Part shown: positions 1 through 9,106 of the stretch, piece after piece | Position numbering within the stretch: position 1 is the stretch's first letter | How the letters are laid out: each line of letters starts with the position of its first letter | Source: Bacteroidales bacterium | GTDB taxonomy: Bacteria > Bacteroidota > Bacteroidia > Bacteroidales > B18-G4 | Assembly (NCBI GenBank): GCA_032250805.1 | Contig: JAVVEM010000008.1 | Location: forward strand, 25,774 to 89,773 | Direction of reading: 5' to 3' | Length of the DNA: 64,000 bases | Made by a program: the position numbers and the translations under genes | The notes under the pieces: model-generated | Databases searched by the model: none | Told to the model about the DNA's origin: nothing | The model's input: the letters and a program-made list of their open reading frames with translations, nothing else

Positions 1-1190
1 GGCTCCACAGCCCTTTCATACATGCCGTTTGTCCAGGCAATGGTCATGCCGTAATTGGTAACGGGCACGCCGGCCTCAATGGCTTCCTGCAGCCTGTTGC
101 TCAATTGTTTTTTTGTGATCATACAGCCACCGCATTGCACAACCAGCGAATATTCGCCAATGGGCCGCGGAAATTCTTCGAGCCCGGCAACAATGTCGAA
201 CATCAGATCTTTACCGGTATGTTTACGCAGCCAGCCGGGGATCTTGTAACGACCGATGTCGTCGCAGTTTACCTGGTGTGTGCATGATTCAAGGATCAGC
301 ACCCGGTCATTGTCTTTGAGCTTGCCAATGGCTGGTGTGCCTTCAAGATAGGCCCTGAAATTTCCCTTGCGGCTTGCCAGCAGCACACTGAAGCCTGTTA
401 AGGGAATATCTTCTGGCACGACCCTGTTCATTTTGTCAAACACCTGGCTGTCGGTAATGGCCAGCTTCGGCTTTATTTTTGTTTTTTTCAGAAATGCTTC
501 AACTTCGGTTTCTTTCAATACAATATTTATACAGTTATTATCAAGCACGTCGCGGATGGCCTGAACCTGAGGCAGGATCATTCTTCCTTCGGGTGCTTCC
601 AGGTCGATCGGCGTGATGAGCATCACAATTTCGCCGGGCTCAAGCAGTGTTCCCAGCAGTGAAGTGCTTGTCCAGGATGATTTTGGCATGAGCCGGATAA
701 TGGCATCCAGCACTTTGTCGATGGCATCGGGCGGGCGGCTGCTGAATTCAATGATCTCGGAACTGAATTTCTCTTTAACCGTTTTGGTCGTAGTGTCAAG
801 AAGCCGTGATTCGTCAGATTTGTTATGAATAAATAGGTAGGGGATGTTATAACGCCTGAATTGTGCGATCAGGCTTTCTTCATATTTCCCTATGGTATTT
901 CGGGCGATGATGATAATGGCCAGGTCGATCGATTTGATCACCTGCATGCTTTTACTCACCCTGAGCGTTCCCAGTTCGCCACGGTCGTCAATACCGGCAG
1001 TATCGATCATTACGGCGGGGCCGATGCCAAAGATCTCGACCGATTTTTTTACCGGATCGGTGGTTGTTCCTGCTTTGCCGGATACAATGGCGATGTCCTG
1101 GCCTGCGATGGCATTGATAAATGAGCTTTTTCCGTTGTTGCGCCGCCCAAAGATGCCAATATGCGGTTTATGTTCTCTCCCTTTTTTCAT
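1..1190 (-). CDS. hydF: [FeFe]-hydrogenase maturation GTPase HydF (C-terminus cut by window edge)
   Basis: Absent from the ORF track because it runs off the window. My translation of the minus strand from ATG (1190-1188) reads MKKGREHKPHIGIFGRRNNGKSSFINAIAG... It has GTPase G1 (GRRNNGKS), G3 (DTAG) and G4 (NKSD) motifs, plus C-terminal CTH...QCGGC cluster-binding cysteines. The start overlaps the hydE stop (ATGA at 1187-1190). Confidence 0.85.
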   Translation of the reverse strand, partial: MKKGREHKPHIGIFGRRNNGKSSFINAIAGQDIAIVSGKAGTTTDPVKKSVEIFGIGPAVMIDTAGIDDRGELGTLRVSKSMQVIKSIDLAIIIIARNTIGKYEESLIAQFRRYNIPYLFIHNKSDESRLLDTTTKTVKEKFSSEIIEFSSRPPDAIDKVLDAIIRLMPKSSWTSTSLLGTLLEPGEIVMLITPIDLEAPEGRMILPQVQAIRDVLDNNCINIVLKETEVEAFLKKTKIKPKLAITDSQVFDKMNRVVPEDIPLTGFSVLLASRKGNFRAYLEGTPAIGKLKDNDRVLILESCTHQVNCDDIGRYKIPGWLRKHTGKDLMFDIVAGLEEFPRPIGEYSLVVQCGGCMITKKQLSNRLQEAIEAGVPVTNYGMTIAWTNGMYERAVE

Positions 1191-2290
1191 TGTTCCGGTT
1201 TTGTGTTTTCAATGCGGTTATGGTAGTGTTTTGAGTCGCCCCATAAATGATAGTTGACACGCATTCCCATACCGGCAATATTTTCTTCCAGGCCGGCCAG
1301 GCTTGCTTCTGCCATATCAGTAAATATGGGCTTGCCTTCGTACAGCATGTAATTGCATGCCTGCGCCGGTGGGGTGATGTTTGGCATGAATATGTTGGCG
1401 CCGGAGGCGATGGCTTTGATCCTTCCGGCCGGATCGAGGGTGTTCATGGCCGTTGACGCGGCCATGTTGATGTCTTTCATCATGATCCGCATCAGTGCTA
1501 TCATCTTCAGGCTGAGATCAATCCGCTCTTCATCCGAAGGGATGTCGGCACATCTGCGGGCCAGAGGGGTGTCGGCATGTGGAATATAGGGGCCCATTCC
1601 CACCATATCGATATTGAAATCACGCATAAAGATCAGGTCGTCGGCAAGATGTCCGGTGTGCTGGAAAGGCAAGCCTATCATCACTCCCGTACCTGTTTGG
1701 TATCCCAGCCGCTGAAGTGTCCTGAGTGCTTCCACACGCTTGTCGAAGCTGTGAAATTCGTCTCTGGGGTGCAGCTTCCCGTAAAGGCTCCGGCTGCTGG
1801 TTTCAATCCTTAAAAGGTAGCGATGGGCCCCGGCTTCATACCATTCGCGGTATATGTCTTCGGATTGTTCTCCGCAACTAAGGGTGATGCCCAGTTCATG
1901 ATTGCTCAGTGATTTTATTTCCCTGAGCAGCTCAGTGATGCTGCTGGTAAATGTCCGGTCGCTGCGCTCGCCGCTCTGGATCACCACTGAGCCGAAGCCT
2001 TTTTTCCAGGCATATTCTGCCGCATGAAGCACTTCCCGGGTATTGAGCAGGTATCGTCCTGACTTATTGTTCCCGCTCCTGATGCCACAATAGTAACAGT
2101 TTTTCCGGCAGATATTCGATAATTCGATCAATCCCCTGAGGCTTACCTGCCTGCCCACATATTTTGCGGCAACCCTTCTTGCACGGGCAAAAAGCAATTG
2201 CCGCTCATCTTCATCCTGTGTTTGCAATATGTAGATGAGGTCCTCCCGGCTCAGGCTTTCTTTGCGGAGTATGCTTTCTGTTGTTTTCAT
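1187..2290 (-). CDS. hydE: [FeFe]-hydrogenase H-cluster radical SAM maturase HydE
   Basis: 367 aa with radical-SAM motif CRKNCYYCGIR and biotin-synthase-like architecture. It sits between hydG and hydF. Confidence 0.9.
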   Translation of the reverse strand: MKTTESILRKESLSREDLIYILQTQDEDERQLLFARARRVAAKYVGRQVSLRGLIELSNICRKNCYYCGIRSGNNKSGRYLLNTREVLHAAEYAWKKGFGSVVIQSGERSDRTFTSSITELLREIKSLSNHELGITLSCGEQSEDIYREWYEAGAHRYLLRIETSSRSLYGKLHPRDEFHSFDKRVEALRTLQRLGYQTGTGVMIGLPFQHTGHLADDLIFMRDFNIDMVGMGPYIPHADTPLARRCADIPSDEERIDLSLKMIALMRIMMKDINMAASTAMNTLDPAGRIKAIASGANIFMPNITPPAQACNYMLYEGKPIFTDMAEASLAGLEENIAGMGMRVNYHLWGDSKHYHNRIENTKPEQ

Positions 2291-2310
2291 CGGTTTTGGC
2301 GTTTTTCCGG

Positions 2311-3750
2311 TCAGAAATAGAGGTCGCGTTTTCCTGCTTTAACTAATTCTATCCGCTTGATCAATTCATTCTTAAGCTGGGGGGCGATTCCTCCATTCAG
2401 GTTATTATTGATGATGGCCCAGCCTTTTTCGGCCTGCTTCGCTGTGGCATAATCCTCGAGATATTCGGCCAGGGTAAGGATGGCATTGGGTGTGCAGAAC
2501 TTCTTTATGAAACCCGGCACCGAAAATTCCATAAAATGTTCGCCGGTTCTTCCTTTCCGGTAGCATGCCGTACAAAATGAGGGCAGGTACTCATGTTCAA
2601 GCAACTCGTCGATGACCTGGGCGAGGCTGCGTGTGTCGTGGATCAGGAATTGTTCTTTATTCAGATCCTGTATGGCTTGCAATTCCTTTTCACCGGCATA
2701 GGCGCCCATTTCCAGTTTTGTGCCGGCATCGATCTGCGAAACCCCGAACGCAAGCACTTCCCTGCGGATATGCTCAGGCTCGCGGGCAGTGAGGATCATC
2801 CCCGTATAGGGCACGGCCAGCCGGAGAATGGCCACCAGCTTAACAAAGTCCTTATCGCTCACGCCATATTTAGTGTCGATCTCATATTCGGCGGCATCCT
2901 GCAAGCGGGGAAAGGAAATGGTGTGCGGGCCAACCTGGTAGCATGCTTCGAGATGGTTGGTATGCCGCACCAGCGCCATCACCTCAAATTTCCAGTCATA
3001 CAGGCCAAAGAGCGCACCGATCCCCACATCGTCGAGGCCGGCTTCCTGTGCACGGTCGAGGGCCGTTAAGCGGTAATTGTAATCTTTTTTCTTTCCCCCC
3101 CGGTGATACCAACTGTATGCTTCGGGGTGGTAAGTTTCCTGAAAAACCTGGTATGTGCCGATGCCGGCTTCTTTTACAATCCTGAAGCCTTCAATATCGA
3201 GCGGGGCGGCATTGATGTTCACTCTCCTGATCTCGCCCCGGCCTTTGCGCACATCATACACTGTCTTTACCGAATCGGCAATAAATTCGGGTGTATACTC
3301 CGGGTGCTCGCCATATACCAGGATGAGCCTTTTTTGCCCTTCCTGCTCCAGGGCTTCAACATTTTTTATTAATTCGTCGCGGCCCAGAGTTTTTCTTATG
3401 GCATCCTTGTTCGATGCCTTAAATCCGCAGTATTTGCAGTTGTTAATGCAATAATTTCCTACATATAAGGGGGCAAACAACACAATTCTGTTTCCATATA
3501 CTTTTTGTTTCAGCCTGCGTGCGCCTTCCTTTATTTCTTCGACGAGGGCGGGGTCGTTGGTGTTCAGGAGCACGGCCACCTCCTGCATGGAGAGACGCTG
3601 TTTGTTCAGCGACTTTGCTATGATCTTTTTCACTGCAGAGCCATCTGTTACGGCTGTGTCGAGCATATCCCGGATCTCACCGGCATCGATGAAATTTTTC
3701 ATGGGCTCGTCCTTGATCGCGTATTGTTCGGGTGTGAACTTCATGGCCAT
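2311..3750 (-). CDS. hydG: [FeFe]-hydrogenase H-cluster radical SAM maturase HydG (ThiH-like tyrosine lyase)
   Basis: 479 aa with radical-SAM motif CINNCKYCGF. A C-terminal auxiliary cluster motif (CTACYRKGRTGEHF...C) is typical of HydG. Sits in hydGEF context. Confidence 0.9.
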   Translation of the reverse strand: MAMKFTPEQYAIKDEPMKNFIDAGEIRDMLDTAVTDGSAVKKIIAKSLNKQRLSMQEVAVLLNTNDPALVEEIKEGARRLKQKVYGNRIVLFAPLYVGNYCINNCKYCGFKASNKDAIRKTLGRDELIKNVEALEQEGQKRLILVYGEHPEYTPEFIADSVKTVYDVRKGRGEIRRVNINAAPLDIEGFRIVKEAGIGTYQVFQETYHPEAYSWYHRGGKKKDYNYRLTALDRAQEAGLDDVGIGALFGLYDWKFEVMALVRHTNHLEACYQVGPHTISFPRLQDAAEYEIDTKYGVSDKDFVKLVAILRLAVPYTGMILTAREPEHIRREVLAFGVSQIDAGTKLEMGAYAGEKELQAIQDLNKEQFLIHDTRSLAQVIDELLEHEYLPSFCTACYRKGRTGEHFMEFSVPGFIKKFCTPNAILTLAEYLEDYATAKQAEKGWAIINNNLNGGIAPQLKNELIKRIELVKAGKRDLYF

Positions 3751-3767
3751 GTGTATTGTGAGTTAAA

Positions 3768-4916
3768 CTATACTGTTATCGTTGTATTGATCTTTGCAGG
3801 CTTAAGCCTCACGGTAAACGTGCTTCCCTTTTCCGGTTCACTCGCCACAGTGATGGTTCCGTCGTAGTTGTTATTTACAAGCTTCTTTACGATAGAGAGC
3901 CCAAGGCCGCTGCCGCTGATGTTTCTTGTTTTATTGTTTTTTATCCTCACAAATTCCTGGAAAAGCATCGAAAGTTCTTCATCGTTCATGCCGATACCCG
4001 TATCCTGAACCGTAATGATGAGCTGTTCTTTGTGTTGTTTAATGCTGATGTTCACCTCGCCATCCTCTTTGTTGTATTTCACGGCATTGGATATGAGGTT
4101 GTTGAAAATGATCTCAAGCTCGTTGGCATCGGCATTAAAATTCAGTTCCTTCGGGGCATGAAGATAAATTTTTACATTTTGCTGTATAGCCATGGGCTCG
4201 ATGGTATCCATCGCCATTCTTGCAACGGCAACAACATCCGACTCCTTTACCTGCCGTATCTTTTTTCCGGATTCAAGCTTGGTGAGGTCGAGCATGTCCA
4301 TGATCAGGTTGCGCATACCTTTAATGCGTTCAATCGAACGGTCGATCATGGTTTCATAATCTTCAATGTTATCGCCCGCCTGTTTGTCTTTCATAATGTT
4401 GAGGTATCCTTCAACTGCATTGATGGGCGATTTTAGTTCGTGCGAAAGTACCGACAGGAACTGGAAGCGCACCTGTTTGCCGGCTTCGTCGAGCTGCCTG
4501 GTCATCCTTTTCAGGAAGAGGTGCTTGGTAATATTGTCGATCGATGCCCTTAATTCGTCAGGAGTAAAGGGCTTGGGAACGAAATTGTATGCACCGTTGT
4601 TGGTGGCTTTAACTGCCAGGTCGAGCGAAGCGTATGAGGTGATCATCATTACGATGGCATCGATATTGTTTTTCCTGATATATTCAAGCACTTCAATGCC
4701 ATCCATGCCGGGCAGCTTATTGTCGAGCAGGACAATATCCGTTTCGCCGCGGTTTAATACCTCAATGGCGTATTCTCCTGTTTCGGCTTCTGTCAGGGCG
4801 AAATCAAAATCCTCCTCCATGAAGGGGTATCCAACAGAATAGTTCCTTAAAATGCGGGAGATGCCTGACCTGATCCCCGGTTCATCATCTACAACAAGTA
4901 TATTGAGCGTAGCCAT
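3768..4916 (-). CDS. Hybrid receiver-histidine kinase (REC-HisKA-HATPase, no sensory domain)
   Basis: N-terminal receiver (ILVVDDEPGIR...VLLDNKLPGMDG...KP), H-box SHELKSPINAVEGY, and a C-terminal ATPase with GSGLGLSIVK. Confidence 0.85.
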   Translation of the reverse strand: MATLNILVVDDEPGIRSGISRILRNYSVGYPFMEEDFDFALTEAETGEYAIEVLNRGETDIVLLDNKLPGMDGIEVLEYIRKNNIDAIVMMITSYASLDLAVKATNNGAYNFVPKPFTPDELRASIDNITKHLFLKRMTRQLDEAGKQVRFQFLSVLSHELKSPINAVEGYLNIMKDKQAGDNIEDYETMIDRSIERIKGMRNLIMDMLDLTKLESGKKIRQVKESDVVAVARMAMDTIEPMAIQQNVKIYLHAPKELNFNADANELEIIFNNLISNAVKYNKEDGEVNISIKQHKEQLIITVQDTGIGMNDEELSMLFQEFVRIKNNKTRNISGSGLGLSIVKKLVNNNYDGTITVASEPEKGSTFTVRLKPAKINTTITV

Positions 4917-4927
4917 AGTGGTTTGAT

Positions 4928-5323
4928 TTAAAGTTTTAACAATTTGTTGATCTCGCGTTCAAGCTGATCTTTTCTTATGCCTTTTTCAAGGAACTTGTCG
5001 GCGTGGATCCACTTTTTATCTGCTTCAGTGTCGAGACTGAAATTCAGACCTGTTTCGGCGGTGACCGCCGAGGCAATGATGATGGGCAGGTGCGGGTATT
5101 TTTTCTTCATTTTGTAACTGAGGATAAATCCGCTGTCTTTTTTTTCCATCATCAGGTCGATAATGGCCAGGTCGGGGGCTGAGTCTGCAATGGATTCTTC
5201 GGCCTCTTTTTCGCCCTGTGCCGTTCTTACTTCAAAGCCCATACTTTTAAGCTGTAGCTCGAGCTGGGCAAGATAATCCATGTCGTCGTCAACGATGAGG
5301 ATGTGTTTTTTTGTGTTGTTCAT
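4928..5323 (-). CDS. Stand-alone response-regulator receiver protein (CheY-like, no output domain)
   Basis: 131 aa with ILIVDDDMDY...LAIIDLMME...IIIASAV...FLEKG. This is a receiver fold only. Confidence 0.8.
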   Translation of the reverse strand: MNNTKKHILIVDDDMDYLAQLELQLKSMGFEVRTAQGEKEAEESIADSAPDLAIIDLMMEKKDSGFILSYKMKKKYPHLPIIIASAVTAETGLNFSLDTEADKKWIHADKFLEKGIRKDQLEREINKLLKL

Positions 5324-5341
5324 AACTTAATCTCCTATAAC

Positions 5342-7327
5342 TTATTTGCCTCTCGGCAACGTAATTGTAAATGTTGTTCCTGTTTGACCTTTAGCGGGGT
5401 CGGCATTCGAGTCGACCGAGATCTTTCCTTTATGCATTTTTACGATCCCGTAAACCAGGGGCAGTCCCAGGCCGGTACCTTTACCAACTTCCTTGGTGGT
5501 AAAGAAGGGTGTAAACAGCTTGTCCATGTGCTTTTCGGGGATGCCATGCCCGGTATCGCTGATCATGATCTTCACACTGTGATCGTTGCCTTCCAGCCTG
5601 ATGCCCAGTTCGCCGCCTTCAGGCATGGCTTCAACGGCATTTTTTTCAAGATTGGTAAGCACCTGCATCATTTGTTCCCGGTCGATACTTGCCGTCAAAT
5701 GATCCGTTTCTACCCTGAAGCTGACCTTCACATTCCTGTCGTGTATGATGCTGCTGATGCTGTCGCTCAAAAATTCTTTCAGATCGGTTTCCTGAAGTCT
5801 TACCTGGTTTTTCCGGGCAAAGTTCAGCAGTCCTCCAACAATATGCTTGCAGCGCTCCGTTTGTTCTACAATGAGCTCGAGGTCTTTATAAACGGGATTT
5901 TCTTTTGATGTTTCATCTTTCAGGATGTTGCTGTACATGGTGATCACCCCGAGCGGGTTGTTCAATTCGTGGGCAATGCCTGCCGATAGTTGGCCCATGT
6001 GGGCAAGCTTTTCAGAGTGTCTGAGTGCTTGCTGGGTATTGGCGAGCTCTTCATTGCTCAGGTTAAGCTCTGCTACCGAGCGGTGAAGCTTTTCAATGGT
6101 AAAGGGCAGGCACATTTCGTCTTCGGCGAGTCCTTCGAAGATGGCAATGGCATGTTCGCGGCATGTTTCGTAACCGCATGCCCCACAGTTCAGGTGGTCA
6201 TTATCATTATATTTTCCCATCGAATGGAGGATGGCCCTGATTTTATCCTTATCAGGTTCCGCTACGCGGCGGTCTTCGGCAATAAATTCCCTCGACAGAT
6301 CCAGTTTATCGTACTTCATCATGTTTTTCTTCCATTCATCCCCGTCGAGCTGTTCAAGCTTTATTCTGGCGTAATTGCTCACGCGCAGCGTTCGTTCAAA
6401 TTTTTTGCCTCCACACGATAATCCCGGGCCCATAATGCATCCGTCGCAGCACAACAGCTCGAGGTGCTGATCTCTGATCACGCCGTTTTCAAATTCTTTG
6501 ATGGCTTCCCTGAAGTTTTCCTTTCCTTCGGCCACCAGCACATTGCCATGGCAAATGTCGTCATCGTGGTCGGTGGTCTGCAACAGACCCCTGCTAACAG
6601 GGAAGATGGCCCCTTTGCCGGAAGTGGGAGCATCAAACCCGCCATTTCCGTCCTTTTGTTCGTTAATGCCGGCTTGCTCCAGCATTCCTCGCAGCTCCCT
6701 GAAGGTAATGGCTTCGTCAATTTCATTGCTTTCGGCTTTCTTGGCAATGCACGGACCTACAAAAACGATCTTCACGTCCTTTCCGTATGTTTTCTTTATC
6801 ATCCTGGCAGTTGCCGTCATGGGCGAAACGATGGGCGCCAGCGATTTTGTGAGTTCCGGATGGTAATACTCAATATACCTGACGATTGCCGGGCAGTCGG
6901 AAGAGATGTAATTCTTTCCGTGGCGGTTTTTCAACAGCTTGCTGTACTCCTTTGCTACCAGGTCGGCACCAAACGAAACTTCAATGACTTTATCAAAGCC
7001 CAGGGCGCGTATCATGCCCGCAATGGCCGCAGGGTTGCTTAATTCTTTGAATTCGGCCGGGAAACTGGGAGCCAAAATGGCAAAAACCAAGTGATCTTTA
7101 TTCAACAATTCATTAACCACATCACTGGTTTCCAGAAACACCTTGGCTCCCTGGTTGCATACTTTTATGCAGTTTCCACAACCGATGCAACGTTCGCTGA
7201 CTACCTCAGCCTGTCCGTTCATGATCCTGATTGCTTTTGCAGGGCACTCGCGCACACAGGTAAAACACATCCTGCACCTGTCCTTTACGGTGAATACCAA
7301 CTGTCTGTGTTTTATATCTGTGTTCAT
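5342..7327 (-). CDS. Ferredoxin + [FeFe]-hydrogenase H-cluster-like domain + CxxCxxxC FeS domain fused to a histidine kinase (putative sensory hydrogenase-kinase)
   Basis: aa 18-57 carry two CxxCxxCxxxCP ferredoxin motifs. H-domain motifs are SSDCPAIV (6881-6904), GPCIAKKAE (6731-6757) and ELLCCDGCIMGPG (6422-6460), which align with TSCCPAW / MPCTAKKFE / EVMACPGGCIAGGG of the adjacent HydA. NCGACGYETC is an RnfB-type FeS domain. H-box is AHELNNPLG. The ATPase has GTGLGLPLV. Confidence 0.8.
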   Translation of the reverse strand: MNTDIKHRQLVFTVKDRCRMCFTCVRECPAKAIRIMNGQAEVVSERCIGCGNCIKVCNQGAKVFLETSDVVNELLNKDHLVFAILAPSFPAEFKELSNPAAIAGMIRALGFDKVIEVSFGADLVAKEYSKLLKNRHGKNYISSDCPAIVRYIEYYHPELTKSLAPIVSPMTATARMIKKTYGKDVKIVFVGPCIAKKAESNEIDEAITFRELRGMLEQAGINEQKDGNGGFDAPTSGKGAIFPVSRGLLQTTDHDDDICHGNVLVAEGKENFREAIKEFENGVIRDQHLELLCCDGCIMGPGLSCGGKKFERTLRVSNYARIKLEQLDGDEWKKNMMKYDKLDLSREFIAEDRRVAEPDKDKIRAILHSMGKYNDNDHLNCGACGYETCREHAIAIFEGLAEDEMCLPFTIEKLHRSVAELNLSNEELANTQQALRHSEKLAHMGQLSAGIAHELNNPLGVITMYSNILKDETSKENPVYKDLELIVEQTERCKHIVGGLLNFARKNQVRLQETDLKEFLSDSISSIIHDRNVKVSFRVETDHLTASIDREQMMQVLTNLEKNAVEAMPEGGELGIRLEGNDHSVKIMISDTGHGIPEKHMDKLFTPFFTTKEVGKGTGLGLPLVYGIVKMHKGKISVDSNADPAKGQTGTTFTITLPRGK

Positions 7328-7361
7328 TATATTTCGTATGATAAATGTTTAATGCAATCCT

Positions 7362-9086
7362 TTACTTCATTACTTCTCTTTCTGTATAATTTGTGTGCAG
7401 CAACTCATGGCTTTTATGCCCGCAGGGTTCTCCAAGGAAAGTGTTGTATATCTCAATGATATCAGGGTTTTTATGCGAAACTTTTATGCTTTCGCCTTCA
7501 TCGATATCATAGAGGCTTTTCATCCTGGCAAGGATATCTTCCTTTTCGGCACCTATTTTTTGTCCTCCGCCGGCGATACATCCTCCCGGGCAGGCCATCA
7601 CTTCAATAAAATGGATGTCGTTTCTTCCGGCCCTGATCTCGTCGAGGAGTATCCTTGCATTATTCAGTCCGCTAACCACTGCGATGCCAAGCTCCAGGTC
7701 GCCGATCTTTATGCTTGTTTCTTTTCTTCCGTTCATCCCCCTGATCTGCGGAATCCGGAATGCCGTGAGCTCTTTTCCTGTGATCTTATTGTAGGCAGTG
7801 CGGATGGCTGCTTCCATAACTCCGCCGGAGGCTCCAAACAGCTTTCCTGCCGAACTGCGGAATCCCATGGGAGAGTCGGCCAGCTCTGGTTCAAGCTTGT
7901 GGATGTCGACACCGTGCATGCGAATAAAATCAGCCAGCTCACGGGTGGTAAGCACGGCATCAACATCGCTAATGCCGTGGCGGGTCATCTCATTGCGCTG
8001 TGCTTCGAATTTTTTCGCCGTACACGGCATAATTGATACGGAGTAAATATTCTCGGGTTTAATGTTTTCCTTTTCGGCATAATAGCTTTTAATCACTGCG
8101 CCGAGCATTTGTTGCGGTGATTTGCAGCTTGAAATATTCGGGAGGAAATCCGCGGCAAACTCCTCTGCATATTTTATCCAGGCAGGGCAGCAACTGGTGA
8201 TCATTGGCAGTGTGCCTCCGTTTGATACGCGCTGGATCAGCTCCGCCGATTCTTCTATAATGGTGAGGTCGGCCGAAAATGTTGTGTCGAACACCGTTTT
8301 GAATCCTATCTTTCGCAGTGCGGCATTCAAAATGCCGTTGATGTCTTTTCCGGGCTCCATGCCGAAGGCTTCTGCCAACGATACCGATATGGCAGGGGCA
8401 TACTGAACGACAAGTGTTTTGGAAGGATCGTTCATGGCCTCTGTGATCTCGGCGAAATGATTCTTCTCGGTGAGTGCGCCTGTAGGGCAAACCATGATGC
8501 ATTGTCCGCAATTCACACAACTGGAAGTGTTCAGTCCGCTGTTGAAAGCTGTTCCGATCACGGTATTGCTTCCGCGTCTGATAAAGTCGATGGCCGAAAC
8601 CCCCATCACCTCTTCACACACCCTTATGCATCTTCCGCATAGAATACATTTGTCGGGGTCGCGCACAATGCTGGGGCTCGACTGGTCGAGGTTATAATTG
8701 TTTTTCACGCCGTGGATGCGGCGCTCGGTAACGTTCAGTTCTTTCGAAAGCCCCTGCAGCTCACAGTTTCCGTTTCTTACACAATACAGGCAATCGTCGG
8801 GATGGTTCGAAAGCAGCAGCTCAACAATGGTTTTGCGTGATTCGATCACCTTATTGGAGTGCGTGTTTATTTTCATTCCATCGGCTACCGGAAACGAGCA
8901 GGAAGAAACCAGCTTGCCGCTGTCTTCAAGTTCTACCACACACATCCTGCACGATCCGCTGGGAAACATATCTTTCATATGGCAGAGGGTGGGTACTTTT
9001 ACGCCATTTCTTTCAAGCACATCCAGAATGGTTTCACCGTTTTCGGCGGCCACTTTTTTCTTGTTTATTACGATTTCAAAGCTCAT
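7362..9086 (-). CDS. hydA: [FeFe]-hydrogenase catalytic subunit HydA (HndD-like, NAD(P)/ferredoxin-linked type)
   Basis: 574 aa with an N-terminal plant-type 2Fe-2S domain, HPDDCLYCVRNGNCELQ, and two 4Fe-4S ferredoxin motifs. H-cluster motifs are TSCCPAW, MPCTAKKFE and EVMACPGGCIAGGGQ. A C-terminal small-subunit-like tail is present. Confidence 0.92.
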   Translation of the reverse strand: MSFEIVINKKKVAAENGETILDVLERNGVKVPTLCHMKDMFPSGSCRMCVVELEDSGKLVSSCSFPVADGMKINTHSNKVIESRKTIVELLLSNHPDDCLYCVRNGNCELQGLSKELNVTERRIHGVKNNYNLDQSSPSIVRDPDKCILCGRCIRVCEEVMGVSAIDFIRRGSNTVIGTAFNSGLNTSSCVNCGQCIMVCPTGALTEKNHFAEITEAMNDPSKTLVVQYAPAISVSLAEAFGMEPGKDINGILNAALRKIGFKTVFDTTFSADLTIIEESAELIQRVSNGGTLPMITSCCPAWIKYAEEFAADFLPNISSCKSPQQMLGAVIKSYYAEKENIKPENIYSVSIMPCTAKKFEAQRNEMTRHGISDVDAVLTTRELADFIRMHGVDIHKLEPELADSPMGFRSSAGKLFGASGGVMEAAIRTAYNKITGKELTAFRIPQIRGMNGRKETSIKIGDLELGIAVVSGLNNARILLDEIRAGRNDIHFIEVMACPGGCIAGGGQKIGAEKEDILARMKSLYDIDEGESIKVSHKNPDIIEIYNTFLGEPCGHKSHELLHTNYTEREVMK

Positions 9087-9106
9087 TGATCTTTGTTGTT
9101 TAAGGA

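Noticed and set aside
2593-3069. Long ORFs antisense to confidently called genes. Examples are 2593-3069(+), 5303-5908(+), 6464-7042(+), 7395-8036(+), 9185-9946(+), 14441-15013(+), 15907-16401(-), 29987-30655(+), 61810-62460(+) and many shorter ones.
   Set aside because: Each lies wholly inside a longer ORF on the opposite strand that has clear family motifs. Their translations are low-complexity or Cys/Arg/Phe-rich with no recognisable motifs. They are shadow ORFs.
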